Below, piece after piece: positions 46,726 through 57,474 of a stretch of 64,000 nucleotides of DNA. The notes below the pieces were generated by a model. It was not told where the DNA came from, ran no database searches, and was given only the letters and a program-made list of their open reading frames with translations. Origin of the DNA: Microgenomates bacterium OLB22. Lineage in GTDB: Bacteria; Patescibacteriota; Microgenomatia; UBA1406; HO2-37-13b. The translations under genes were made by a program, and so were the position numbers. The number at the start of each line of letters is the position of its first letter. The stretch's first letter is position 1. The stretch is from contig LLEV01000006.1 of assembly GCA_001567515.1 (NCBI GenBank), positions 5,039 to 69,038 of the forward strand. The letters run 5' to 3'.

Positions 46726-48988
46726 GCGGTTGGTAATGGGTTCCAATGAGTCCAATCTGCACCATTTCGGCTCATAGATAACATTTTTTTCACATTTGTC
46801 GTTGGGTCAAAGTATTGTTGTTGACACCTCACAAAAGCCGCTTGGTCGACTACGGCACAACTACGACCTGGAGCGGTCCGTGGAGTACAGGAGCCTTGAT
46901 ATGAAGATGTATCACTAAAGCCACTTCCTGTCATCACGTATTTACATGATACAGGATCACGTCTTACTGATCCTCCTGTGCATCGATCTGCCCAGGGAAA
47001 GACGCTTATCTGAAATAGGCCAATGGCATAGGCAGGTGCATTATTTTTTAGACAACTGAGCTTGGATACTTTGTCTGCGAGGGCCGATGGGTCGCCTCCT
47101 GATTCCCGCCGACAGAGTGCCATTGCACAGGGTAAACGCTTATCGGCTTCGGCCGAGGAGACCCCTGCTTCTAGGAAGAATGGCTTGAGAAACTCTCTGG
47201 AACAATAGCCCTCGGATGTCTTCGGGGGCTCAGGAGGCTCTCACTCGGCTTATCGCTCTTGATATAGAGCTCGAGTGAGGCCAATGCTCCAGCTACTGTG
47301 GTAAAGGAACACTCTTCATTTTCAGTGCCAGCCTGCAAGACACTTCCGTTTAGGCAGCGTAACACCTTAATAGGTGTTTGAGGTGAGGTTTTTACTTTGA
47401 GAGTATGGGTCATAGCTGAGACTAAATCTTCAAAAGTAGCGGACACCTTTCCTTGAGAGGGAAGTTCGAGTTTTTTGACGCACTCTCTTGGAGTCTCGGA
47501 GCTATCTTGTTTGCAGCCTTCTATCGTGGCTTCGATAGTGATTGTTCTGTCAGTGGCATTTTTAAGCTCTAGATGGAGCTTTCCTGTTGCCAGAGGCTCG
47601 CTTCGAGATGCATCTGATGGGCAAGGGGTACATATCGACCGTCGGCCATCTTCACGTGGATTTTCCCAACTACATTTGGATCCATCACCAATGCCATCGC
47701 CTATGATGCATCTTCCATACTTAGTACACGTTCGTAGCGATCCATCTGAACAAAGCTCAGTGTATGAGTCAGTACAGTAGCTTCCTTTAGTCTCACAGAT
47801 AGCAGTTTTCTGAGGCGGGGTCGATGTTGGGCGTGCCTTGTCCTGGGATTGATTCTGACCGCAGCATAGATATACAGAGCTTCCTCCTCGTGCACTGATT
47901 TTGTTTACGCATTTTCCTCCACCTTGTCTACAATTAGCACAGGTTGTGACAGTTTCACACTGCCTTTCTGGTGGTGCCCATAAGACTATGGGGACAGTCT
48001 TTTTCTCCCTATTGATTGAGATTTCTCTTCGGGCATCTGCACAGACTTTGAGTAGTTCTGTGGGTCTACCCTTATTTAGATTTACCTCATAAGTCCCAGC
48101 AGGCAGGGAAGTAAATGTGACAGAGTCGCAAGCGCTTTCTTTTTTCTGATCAGAGACTTTTGCCCCATCCTTTGTGAGATCTATTCGACACTCTCCAAGA
48201 TAGTATTCAATTCCTGCACCATCTAGATCGTTATTTACAGCTCGTTCCAGCTTCGTGATATCACAAAGATCTCCTGATGGGCGGTCCTGACTGCGGACCA
48301 CAAATACTTTTGACTCAATAGCCCCTGTGCTATCAGTATCTGTAGCCAAAGTGGGGGCAGGGATAGTCGTTGGCTCAGTTGATGGTGATGGTGAGGGACG
48401 CGAAAGATCCTCTACTATCCAGCCATACGTAATATCCACGTCACATGCCACGTTAAAATCACGGATGGTGTTTGTGGGGACTTCTCGTTGATTGGCAAGC
48501 TGATCATCTTCGGGGCAGCCCCTGATTCCTGAGTGTTGTTCGCAAAAAATATCAGTTATCTTGTAGCGTGACCCTAATGAATCGCTAATCAAGGTGACGG
48601 CAGCTTTCTCTTGTGCCCTGTACTTCTTATCATCGGAGGAGTCTGTGGTTGTGAGGCGAATAAAGTTATTGAATACATCGTAGCTTTTCCCACCCCGCTT
48701 TAGTTCTATGGATTGACCCTTATTATTTTCGACAACAAATCGTTCTTGGTCATTTACGGCGATCAATTGGCCTTGGCGATTCTTTTTGAGCACCAGTATC
48801 TCTGTGCGATATGCACAAGATTGAGCTTGTGTAAAAAATCCTCTAGGAGAGCCATTCGATAGTATCCCACTAGTGCCGACAACAAGCCCCAAGAGCAGAC
48901 TTGCAAGGGAAGTCAGTCCAATGGCTACATGTAATTCACCATGCTGGTAGGATTTCTGAGTCATAGCGTATAACACATTGTACAGCAA
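46716..48988 (-). CDS. Cluster protein C: TM anchor + YGW domain + Cys-rich region + SLT lytic-transglycosylase domain (frame broken at G5 run 47224-47228)
   Basis: TM helix VAIGLTSLASLLLGLVVGT and TIRDFNVACDVDITYGWIVE. The downstream frame reads ...GYCSREFLKPFFLEAGVSSAEADKRLPCAMALCRRESGGDPSA...AYAIGLFQI (E-S...GLxQ SLT signature). Confidence 0.65.
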
Positions 48989-49006
48989 CCTCGATGACTG
49001 CGTCAG

Positions 49007-51131
49007 TTATTTCACCGATTGCCCAGCAAGATTTAGGAGGAGCGATCTGTCTGAAGCAGTAATAGAATCGTCTTTGTTGAGATCACAATGAGTAGGTATG
49101 TTTTTTGTCTCTTTTAAGCATTCAACCAGGTCCAAGGTATTGCATTCGCCGTCACTATTTACATCACACATGTCTCTACCGGTGGAGACCTGCTGATTCT
49201 CGATATAGAGAGGCTCACCACCAATAATCTCTTTTTCTCCACATGAGTCTCCAAGTTGATTGGTACATCTCAGGGAATAGGTGCGGCCTTGTTGGATAGG
49301 AGTTTGCTGGTCTAGATTTCTGACCATATATGTTTGGTCAGTTGAGAGCTGTGAGCTATCTATAGATGCACAGCTACCAAGTTGCTGATCGCAAATGGAG
49401 ATATTTAACATACTTGGGGTGGCTTGGATCATAGGGATAGTTCCTTGCCCACCTTCACCTAAAATGATATACGAGGCTGTGTTTATCCGTGAATCGCTCT
49501 TGAAAGGATCAAAGAAGTCTGTATGAAATCGTTGTCTAACTGTAACATTTTTGATCATACATCGTCGAACATGTTGGAAATTTAGCGGAGGGTTGTATAT
49601 GTATTGGCATGTTACTCCAATGGTATCCCCGAGTCGGAGAGGCTCACCAGACGCGTCTTGGGCAATGATATAGTGTACTTCTTTGAAGTACTTCCCATTT
49701 TTTAAAGCAGAGATGAGATCATCTTGATTTTGAATATCCTTGTCTAAGGCTACGGGATCAAAGAAAACACAGCGATTGGTGTCGTTGTTATCAGACGAGC
49801 TTGCCTTGGGGCATATCCCAGGACGGAAAGCCTGCATATAGGGAGCATATGCGCCAACACTACTTTGCACCTGGCTACCAATAGTATCTATGTCGTATGT
49901 CACGGCAATCACGGGGTCTCCAATCTGTGCTATCCTCCTCTTTGAGCCGGGGATGCTGAGGGCTACGCGTTCGTCAATCTGAAAAGACTCTTGTGGGCTA
50001 AGAATATTTTCAAACACCCTAATATCTCCTTTACGTATAGGCTTCGGGCGACAACGTCGCCACTCATCATAGGTAACATTCGGATAAGGAATCATACGGA
50101 AAGCGGGGCCTTTTATGAGGTAGTATTGGCAAGTGAGGTAGTAGGTCTTACCTTTTTCAAGCGGGATGGCATCATAGTCGGTTCTTTGTACCTTTGCAGG
50201 TCTTAAAGATCCAGATATTCGATCTTTCCTGACTGCTGAGCGAGGCTTTGCATCAAACCATCTGCAGTGTGCGGCTAGATCAGGATCAGTTGTTCGGTAT
50301 GCCTCGTCATTATCTGTGTCACAGATTGCAAATTTGAAACTCATAAATGACTTAAAACTCACATGGGGTGAGAAATTCCAGTTGCCTAGCACATCATAAG
50401 GTGAGAGTGACCAGCCCCCTGTTGGTGGTAGTGGTTTTGATGTCGGCGAGGGTTTTTTGGTAGGAGTTGATCCCTTAGTTGGGGACCTTTTGGGTGGGTT
50501 GGGGATGCTGTGGGTCGTGATGTGGTTGAGGTCGGGGTAGGTCTTTTGGTTGGTGATAATGTAGGTGAAGTTTTGGTAGTTGGAGTTAGGAGGCTACCCG
50601 TGGGTGATACGTCAGCGCATGCTGAGACTTTTTTGTGTCTACTAGCATGCAACGAAAAATCTTTGAGCTTGCGTCAAAAGGATTATCCCATATACATCGA
50701 AGTGTACGATCAAAGGGTATAAGAATATCATTCTTCCTATCTATGTATCCGTTGCACTCAGATTTCGTTATGCCTTCAAGCTGACCTATCATTTTACCGG
50801 CGCACTTATTTATCTGAACAGACACAAAAAGGGGATTTTGTATAGGCAGTCTGTTGTTTGTATAGTCGACGACTAGTCTTCCTGGCGTCACAGACCCATT
50901 GGCTGAGCAAGTAGTAACTTTACAATGACTCCCTTGTGACTGGTAGGTGCCTCTGGCACTATCGGCATTAATAAAGCACATATCATTTGTATCCCCCCAT
51001 ACGAAGAGTGACGTAGTCATAGGTGGGTGAGACCCCGATGTTTGTGCTTGTATAGTGGTCCCTTTAGCTGCCAGCGCAATCATCATCAAACAGCCTCCTA
51101 CTAAAGGAATCAAGTATTTGTTCAGAAGCAT
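49007..51131 (-). CDS. Cluster protein D: TM anchor + 'MCFINAD' domain + P/T linker + 3x 'TCQY' beta-modules + dockerin (two frame breaks)
   Basis: The ATG at 51131 lies 3 nt after a TATACTATA box. Track ORFs 50586-51212, 50386-50652 (TPTTKTSPTLSPTKRPTPTSTT linker) and 49007-50392 join at T6 50629-50634 and ~50481-50491. C-terminal CDVNSDGECNTLDLVEC...CDLNKDDSITASDRSLLLNLAG. Confidence 0.65.
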
Positions 51132-51147
51132 GAGTATAGTATATAGC

Positions 51148-53972
51148 TTAGTTCGTTGCTCCGGCGTAGTCAAATAGTAAGGAGATATCTGCAGCATCGA
51201 CATGCCTATCATTATTCATATCACATGCCTGAGTATGCTTCCCGTAGGCGACGGCCTGACATTGGGCAACATCGATGATGGTACAGGCGCCATCTGCATC
51301 TCGGTCACACCGTTCAAGCCTGCTCTGAGTGTTAAAGGAAATCGTGCTGTCAGGTGAAATATAGGTGTCAAAATAAACAGAATCACCTGCTCGTGCAGTT
51401 CTTGTCCCACAGGATACGAAGCCCTCCTCATCTGTCTTGTACTGACAGGTGATTTCATAATCTTTACCAAGCACTAATTCTTTTCCAAAAAGGGAAGCGA
51501 TGTTGGAAGAAGTAGTATAGATACCATTTGCAGTATCGGAAAAAGCACTATGTTCAATCACATCGCAGGCCCCTGTATCTGGATCACATATAGTGTACTG
51601 AAAATCCTGAGTATCAGGTTGCTGAGATGTATCCTCACTACTGGTAAAAAGCGGGATACTGGCTGTCCCTTGATTTTTTATAACTAGTACATCCTTGTTA
51701 GAATTACGACTAGGCAGGTTCCCCCAGGGAGACTGCATATCTGCCTTACCCTGGACAAAATTGTCGTTTACTTTTACCGCTCGCGGTCTACATCGTACTA
51801 CTTGAGCATCCTCACTTGGTGTTGGATTTTCACTATCAAGTGTCAAAAATTGGCATGTCACATAGACTGTGTCACCAGCTTTAAGTGCTTTTCCTGCAGC
51901 ATCAATTGAGGATAAAAATGAAATTTTCTTCTCTGTATCTTTGTAGCTAAATGGCTCTAGCGCTGAAAAGTACTTACATTCATTTGTCAGCTTTTCAGAA
52001 GGACACACCCCCACCTTAAAAGCAGCAATAGTGTCATCTGCCGATATCTTTAAGGACTGCTTAAACAAAAAGGTAAGTCCGATATAGGGTTTACCATTTT
52101 TGGGAGGTATGGGTCCTATACCACCATCGGACATAGCTACATTGAAGGGAACCAAAAAGTATTGCTTTGGGTCTAGTAGCTCTTGAAAAGTAAGTTTCTC
52201 ACCTCTTAAAATAGAATCTAGGTCAAGCTGCCCTGGCTTACAACGTCGCCACTCAGGATCATAGAGGGCAACAGTCCATTCATTCATCTCAAAATACTGG
52301 CATGTCGCATAGTACTCCTTTCCACTTGTCCTTGAAAGAGGGTTTCCATCGAAGTCGACCGATATATCAGCCAGTGGCTTTATAGTGCCCTTGGAGGGCT
52401 TTTGGGAGTTAAGTAGGATCTCTTTGTTTGTGGCATCAGTAGGAAACCATTTGCATTTTGCGCCTCCGTTGGCTCTAGTCTTCATGTGTGCAGATTGGTC
52501 AGCGGTATCACAGATACCAAACTTAAAGCCAGTTATCTTGTCTTGTGCGAGTCCGATCTTTTCAAACCGTGAATCCCAATAGAGCTCCACCTGATTTTTT
52601 CTGATTACGACTTCGTGGTTTGCTTCAGGCTTTTTAGTGGGCTGGGGCTTGGTACGGTTGGTGATAATCTCTTAGTAGGGGAAACGCGGGGTGAAACAGA
52701 CTTTGTAGGCGCAGGTTTTTTTGCTTTTGTCGGTGCAAGAGAAACTGAGCGGGTCGGCGCACCCGGTGAGCTAGCTTCTTCCTTTTGTGCCTCCGGCTCA
52801 TCATCCTCGATCTCAGCGCAGACCCCTTCCGGCGACTTTGGGTCTGATTCTCGCACCTCCTGACAGGTAAAATTCAAAGCGATAGTGGCTTTGTCAGAGG
52901 GGTTCTTCCAGACACATCGGACCTTCTTACCGTGGCCCACAGGGAAGTTGTCTTTACGTGAAATGAAATTATTACATTCATTCTTACCATTTCCCGCCAG
53001 CTCCCCCAACACTTTTCCTGGACAATGATTTATCTGAGCACTAAGATTGAGCGGGTCCTCTGCCGGATTTGTCTTATTAGTGAAATCGACCACAAGAGCC
53101 GTTGGCTCATTGGTCACCCTATCTTTACAACTTATCACATTACAATGCTTTCCTTGGGATCTATGTTCTCCGAGCTTCGTGTCTGCATTGATAAAACACA
53201 TATCCTCACCTCCATGCTCAGTACTCCAGGTAAATAGGGAATAGGTATCTTTTGATTGCGTAGTAGTATCTGGAGGAGTCTGGGAGGCTGGCGGCGTTGG
53301 GGACAATTCTATTGAGGGTGTGACTTGGGAGCTCTGTGGGGTTGGAGAACTAGTAGCTGATCCCTCTTTAGATTTTACTACCCAGCCATAGTTGATATCC
53401 ACTCCGCAGGTTATTTCAAAATCTCGTATCGTTGTCCCGACATCTTGTTTGGCTATATCTGGCGGGCAGCCAGGGCCGCTATTGTTTGACGTGCAGAACG
53501 TTCTCATTAGTTCATATCCTTCATCAATTCCGTCGGCAAAAAGTTTCACTGACGCCCTATCCTCATTAGCATAATCAGCCCCCGTTTGTGGTTTGAGAGG
53601 TAGCCTCTCTGTCGCAAATGTAACCTCAGCTATATCCCCGAAAGTCTGCGAAGGGGAGATGGTGTTCTTCTCAAGCTGCTTGTCATTTGATACCCCCCAG
53701 GCTGAAAGATCTGCATCCTGTTTGGTAAGTGCTCTCAAAGACCCATCCTGCCCTTCCTCATAGACACCAAATGTTGTTCTAAATGAACAGCTTGCTTGAT
53801 TTTCAGAAGCACGACCAAAGGTGGTTCTCAGTTGCTTTGAAACAGCTGTGTTTGCACCTATGAAACTCCCAATAAGTATGATACTAATTGATAGTATTGT
53901 CAGAAAAAGACTAATCTCTCCCAGTAAATATACATTTCTAGACGATTGTATTTTAGCTGGGAGATGATCCAT
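51148..53972 (-). CDS. Cluster protein E: TM anchor + YGW domain + 'MCFINAD' domain + K/P/S/T linker + 3x 'TCQY' modules + dockerin (probable frame break at 52631-52635)
   Basis: Track ORFs 52605-53972 and 51148-52590. The second frame is open upstream through the linker (KPQPTKKPEANHEVVIRKNQVELYWD). TIRDFEITCGVDINYGWVV. C-terminal CDRDADGACTIIDVAQC...CDMNNDRHVDAADISLLFDYAG. Confidence 0.6.
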
Positions 53973-54019
53973 CTAAAGTAGTAGCTATTAAAAATGAGTG
54001 CGACAGTTCCTGCCCAAAG

Positions 54020-54631
54020 TTACTTTGTTACTTTCAGCAGTGCGCCGTTGGTAACACCGAGGGTATTTTCACCATTGAGGGCAGTGATAGTACCATCCTT
54101 TTCACGCTTGACAAAGTCAAGGGCAGATGAGGCAGCTTCTTTCTTAGCCTTCACAGTAAATGAGAAGACAGTACCTTCCTTTAGATCATCCTTTTTAGAA
54201 GGAGAGACAGATGCTGAGAATTTGATTTCACCAGCAGTGGTATCAACCTTGTTGACAATGACATTGGAAAAGACCGTGCCATTAGTGACTCCAGAGACAT
54301 CAAAGACAGCAGGGTCAAAAGAGAGGACAATGTCAGCAGCAGCGACAGGGATACGAGAGAGCGTAACCTCAATCTTTTGAGAAGCACCGATTTTAAGAGT
54401 AGCTTCATTAGGAACAAGAGCTAAAGCAGTAGAGGGACGTGTTTCGGGTTGAGTAGTAGCATCAGTACCAGTGGTAGGTTGCTCATCTACTTTTTTAGAG
54501 CCACCAGTCAAGAGGGAACCAACAACCACACTTGCTATGAACAACAACCCAATTAGCAGTATGATCGTTGCCTTCCTTTGGGATGGAAGTGTTTTAAATT
54601 GGCCAAGATCTTTCTGAATTGTTCTAAACAT
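54020..54631 (-). CDS. Cluster protein F: membrane-anchored cohesin-like protein
   Basis: TM helix ATIILLIGLLFIASVVVGSLL and a T/P linker. IGASQKIEVTLSRIPVAAADIVLSFDPAVFDVSGVTNG...AGEIKFSAS...EGTVFSFTVKAKK follows the cohesin beta-sandwich pattern. Confidence 0.6.
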   Translation of the reverse strand: MFRTIQKDLGQFKTLPSQRKATIILLIGLLFIASVVVGSLLTGGSKKVDEQPTTGTDATTQPETRPSTALALVPNEATLKIGASQKIEVTLSRIPVAAADIVLSFDPAVFDVSGVTNGTVFSNVIVNKVDTTAGEIKFSASVSPSKKDDLKEGTVFSFTVKAKKEAASSALDFVKREKDGTITALNGENTLGVTNGALLKVTK

Positions 54632-54852
54632 AGCTTTAATTCATAGTAGCGTACTTACCAACGAGGTGTCAAGTAGGTATTCTCCTTTGGGAGGATAGTC
54701 TAAGTATCTGTTAAGCCCCAACGAGCAAGATCAACTTTGCTAAAAAATCTGCCATTCATATGCGCTCTATATATAATTGTAGGGATTAAGTGTTTTTTGA
54801 TAAAAGATGACGTTTTCTTGACATTGACGAAAAAAGTCTCAATAATAAATGT

Positions 54853-55845
54853 ATGAACGCAATTATTTATACCCTTCACGATTGTCCATTTTCTGCAGCT
54901 GCAAAAAAGTATCTCACGGATCATGGCATAACATTTGAGGAAAAAGACGTCGAGTCAGATAAAGCTAATTTGGAAGAAATGTTGCAGAAGTCAAAGGACT
55001 TCGAAGGAGTTCCTTTTGCAGAGGTCACTACAGACACAGGAGTTATCACGTTGCGCGGGTTTACTCAGGCCGAATGGGATGAGAAGCTAGGGGGGAAGAT
55101 TAATGCGCCTGTACCTGCTGTTACTCCAGATAACCCACCAGAGTCAGTCCCAGCTGCTCCTACATATGTAGAACCTGCGGCAATGCCGCAAACTCCTCCG
55201 GTAGAAACACCGGTAGCTCAGGCGCCCGTAGTAGATGAGCCTGTTACCCCTACTATGCCAAGTATAGCAGTTGCAACACCTCAGCCTACAAATGTTGTGG
55301 AGCCTGAAACTCCAGTAGAAGAGGTGCCAGCAGTCCAACCTGAAGCTCCTATGGAGACAGTCATGCCAGCGATGCCTCAAGCAGCTGCTACCGGAGAGAC
55401 GATCTCGGCTGCTTCATCGACTATGGATAATTCGATTGCTCCAACCTCTATCCCAGCCACTGAGCCATCACCAACTCATGCGCCTGAAAAGTCTACAGAG
55501 CAGGGGGAAGATGCAGAACTTGAAGAAATACTTAAAGGACTTCGTACTATGACAGACCAACAAGCTGCTCCAGCACCAGTAGCTCCTGTTGCTGCAATGC
55601 CTCAGACAGAAGTCGCGCCGACGCCTGTCGCTGAAGTTACCCCATCTACTGCTGTACCAGCTCCAGCTATAAACACTCCTGGAGTTACCACTACACCTGA
55701 GCAACCATCAGTTACCGTAGCAGAAGGTCTTGGGGCAGGACAAGGGTCAACAGTGCCTACAGCATCTACGCCCGCTGTGCCAGGCTCACCTATGGGGCCT
55801 GCAGATCTACCACCTATCCCGGATTTCCAACAGAAGACAGGCTAA
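54853..55845 (+). CDS. Glutaredoxin-like (CPFS) domain with a long Pro/Ala/Thr/Val-rich tail
   Basis: MNAIIYTLHDCPFSAAAKKYLTDHGITFEEKDV...GVPFAEV is the Grx/NrdH fold pattern. About 240 aa of low-complexity P/A/T/V sequence follows. Confidence 0.6.
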   Translation: MNAIIYTLHDCPFSAAAKKYLTDHGITFEEKDVESDKANLEEMLQKSKDFEGVPFAEVTTDTGVITLRGFTQAEWDEKLGGKINAPVPAVTPDNPPESVPAAPTYVEPAAMPQTPPVETPVAQAPVVDEPVTPTMPSIAVATPQPTNVVEPETPVEEVPAVQPEAPMETVMPAMPQAAATGETISAASSTMDNSIAPTSIPATEPSPTHAPEKSTEQGEDAELEEILKGLRTMTDQQAAPAPVAPVAAMPQTEVAPTPVAEVTPSTAVPAPAINTPGVTTTPEQPSVTVAEGLGAGQGSTVPTASTPAVPGSPMGPADLPPIPDFQQKTG

Positions 55846-55944
55846 AAGGGGAATTAGATTACATAAGTTTCAATGATCATTTATCAAGTCTCATTGAATA
55901 TTCAATGGCCATTGATAAATGAAATCTGAAACTTAAGTAGAAGA

Positions 55945-56169
55945 TTAGAGTTCTACGCGCAGCATCTGGAGGACTACTTCCTTCCTGTAGCGACGATCTC
56001 CACGTGTGTTGATACGTATGGCCGGGAGCTTTCCTTTTTTACCCCATCGTTTCACTGTAAGAGGGGATACTCTCAAAAGACCAGCAACTTCACGTATCGT
56101 CAAAAGATCTGGTAGATCTTCAATAGAGAGTTTGTGTTTTGATCTGGTTAGTTGTGACATGGTTCGCAC
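55945..56169 (-). CDS. Excisionase/MerR-type HTH DNA-binding protein
   Basis: LLTIREVAGLLRVSPLTVKRWGKKGKLPAIRINTRGDRRYRKEVV matches the excisionase-family HTH_17 pattern. Confidence 0.75.
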   Translation of the reverse strand: MRTMSQLTRSKHKLSIEDLPDLLTIREVAGLLRVSPLTVKRWGKKGKLPAIRINTRGDRRYRKEVVLQMLRVEL

Positions 56170-56360
56170 TATTATAGATCAGCAATATATCTATGTCAAT
56201 AAATTGGCTTATCATGGCAAGACATATGCGGTGATAGATTTTTTTGATAAACAGTAACAGGGGAAATACAGAGAATTGCATTTTTACGTGTCATCAGCTA
56301 TACTAGGTTAGCTCAGAGACTGTAGGTCAAAAATAAAAGTTCCTGCACGAGAGTCCAAAA

Positions 56361-56906
56361 ATGGCAAATCAACAAAAACTATCATACGTCAACGATCTTG
56401 TCGAGACGTTAAAGCAACATCCTCACTTCGTCCTCGTCAACTATGACACCATAAGTCATACATCATTGGAACAACTTCGTGGTGAACTACGTAAACATGA
56501 TGGAACATATTTCAAAGTAGTGAAGAACTCGTTACTTAAAGTAGCTTTACTAAAACTAGCACAAGACACTAAGCAGGATGTTCTTCATTCGCTCATGGCG
56601 CTAGACTCATTACTCTTGGGTCAGACAGCTATCATAGCATTCTCAGGGGAATGGACTGCACCTATTAAGGCCTTCTATACGTTCGCGAAGGATTACGACA
56701 AAGTTGCCTTCAAGGTGGGCTTGATCGAGAACGCCGTATACGAAGCATCAAAGTTAGAGGTCATTGCGCAGCTTCCTTCCAAGGAGCAATTGTATGCAAA
56801 GGTATTGGGTTCGCTTATGGCTCCACAATCCAAATTTGTGTTCAGTCTTTCGTATACCATGAGTTCCTTTGTTCGTGTTTTAAAGGGAATTCAGGAAACT
56901 AAGTGA
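56361..56906 (+). CDS. rplJ: Ribosomal protein L10
   Basis: [40 protein letters not shown]...[13 protein letters not shown]. Followed by rplL. Confidence 0.9.
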   Translation: MANQQKLSYVNDLVETLKQHPHFVLVNYDTISHTSLEQLRGELRKHDGTYFKVVKNSLLKVALLKLAQDTKQDVLHSLMALDSLLLGQTAIIAFSGEWTAPIKAFYTFAKDYDKVAFKVGLIENAVYEASKLEVIAQLPSKEQLYAKVLGSLMAPQSKFVFSLSYTMSSFVRVLKGIQETK

Positions 56907-56964
56907 TGCTTTTTTATTAGTTAACAGAGAAATTTTATTCAAAATTGAAAAGGAGGTGAGATCC

Positions 56965-57375
56965 ATGTCAGATGCACAAGTAACAACTCTTCCAGAAAAA
57001 CTTGCCAAGATCGCCGAAGCCATCGAAGGACTCACTGTCCTTGAGCTTTCAGAGCTGTCAAAATATCTAGAAGAAAAATTTGGTGTCAGCGCGATGCCAG
57101 CTATGGCTATGCCGGTTGCCGGTACAGCCGCTAGCGCGGATGCAGGCCCCGCAGAGGAAAAGACATCTTTTGATGTTGTATTAGCCGATGCTGGTGCCAA
57201 CAAGCTTGCTGTTATCAAGGCCGTTCGTGAACTTCGACAAGACCTTGGTTTGATCGAAGCAAAGAAACTTGCAGAGTCAACCCCTCAGCCACTCCTTACA
57301 GGAGTTAAAAAGGATGAAGCAGAGGCGGCAGCAAAAAAAATCGAAGAAGCAGGAGGAAAAGCAGAGCTCAAGTAA
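56965..57375 (+). CDS. rplL: Ribosomal protein L7/L12
   Basis: RBS AGGAGG at 56951-56956. [26 protein letters not shown]...[26 protein letters not shown]...[22 protein letters not shown]. Confidence 0.95.
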   Translation: MSDAQVTTLPEKLAKIAEAIEGLTVLELSELSKYLEEKFGVSAMPAMAMPVAGTAASADAGPAEEKTSFDVVLADAGANKLAVIKAVRELRQDLGLIEAKKLAESTPQPLLTGVKKDEAEAAAKKIEEAGGKAELK

Positions 57376-57401
57376 TGCTTATTTTGCTTACCGACGGAAA
57401 T

Positions 57402-57424
57402 CCCCCGCCATGGCGGGGGTTTTT
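57402..57424 (+). terminator. Rho-independent terminator
   Basis: cccccgcc at ggcggggg followed by ttttt. Confidence 0.8.
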
Positions 57425-57474
57425 CGTATCATACTTGACAAGCAATTGGGGATTAAGTAGCCTGTAGGTACACT

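Noticed and set aside
50386-50652. 88-aa Pro/Thr-rich ORF as an independent gene
   Set aside because: It is the linker of cluster protein D read in the frame between two indel sites. It overlaps both neighbouring ORFs.
55144-55704. Cys/Arg/Trp-rich 78-aa antisense ORFs (55144-55380, 55468-55704), and similar antisense ORFs such as 1380-1718, 10276-10683, 26845-27285, 54181-54417 and 62887-63246
   Set aside because: They lie entirely inside stronger sense-strand genes with recognisable domains or low-complexity regions. Their composition is what is expected from reverse-complement reading.
56170-56360. L10 (rplJ) leader autoregulatory RNA upstream of rplJ
   Set aside because: The position is right, but I could not recognise the conserved leader structure by eye. 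It needs an Rfam covariance-model scan before it can be called.
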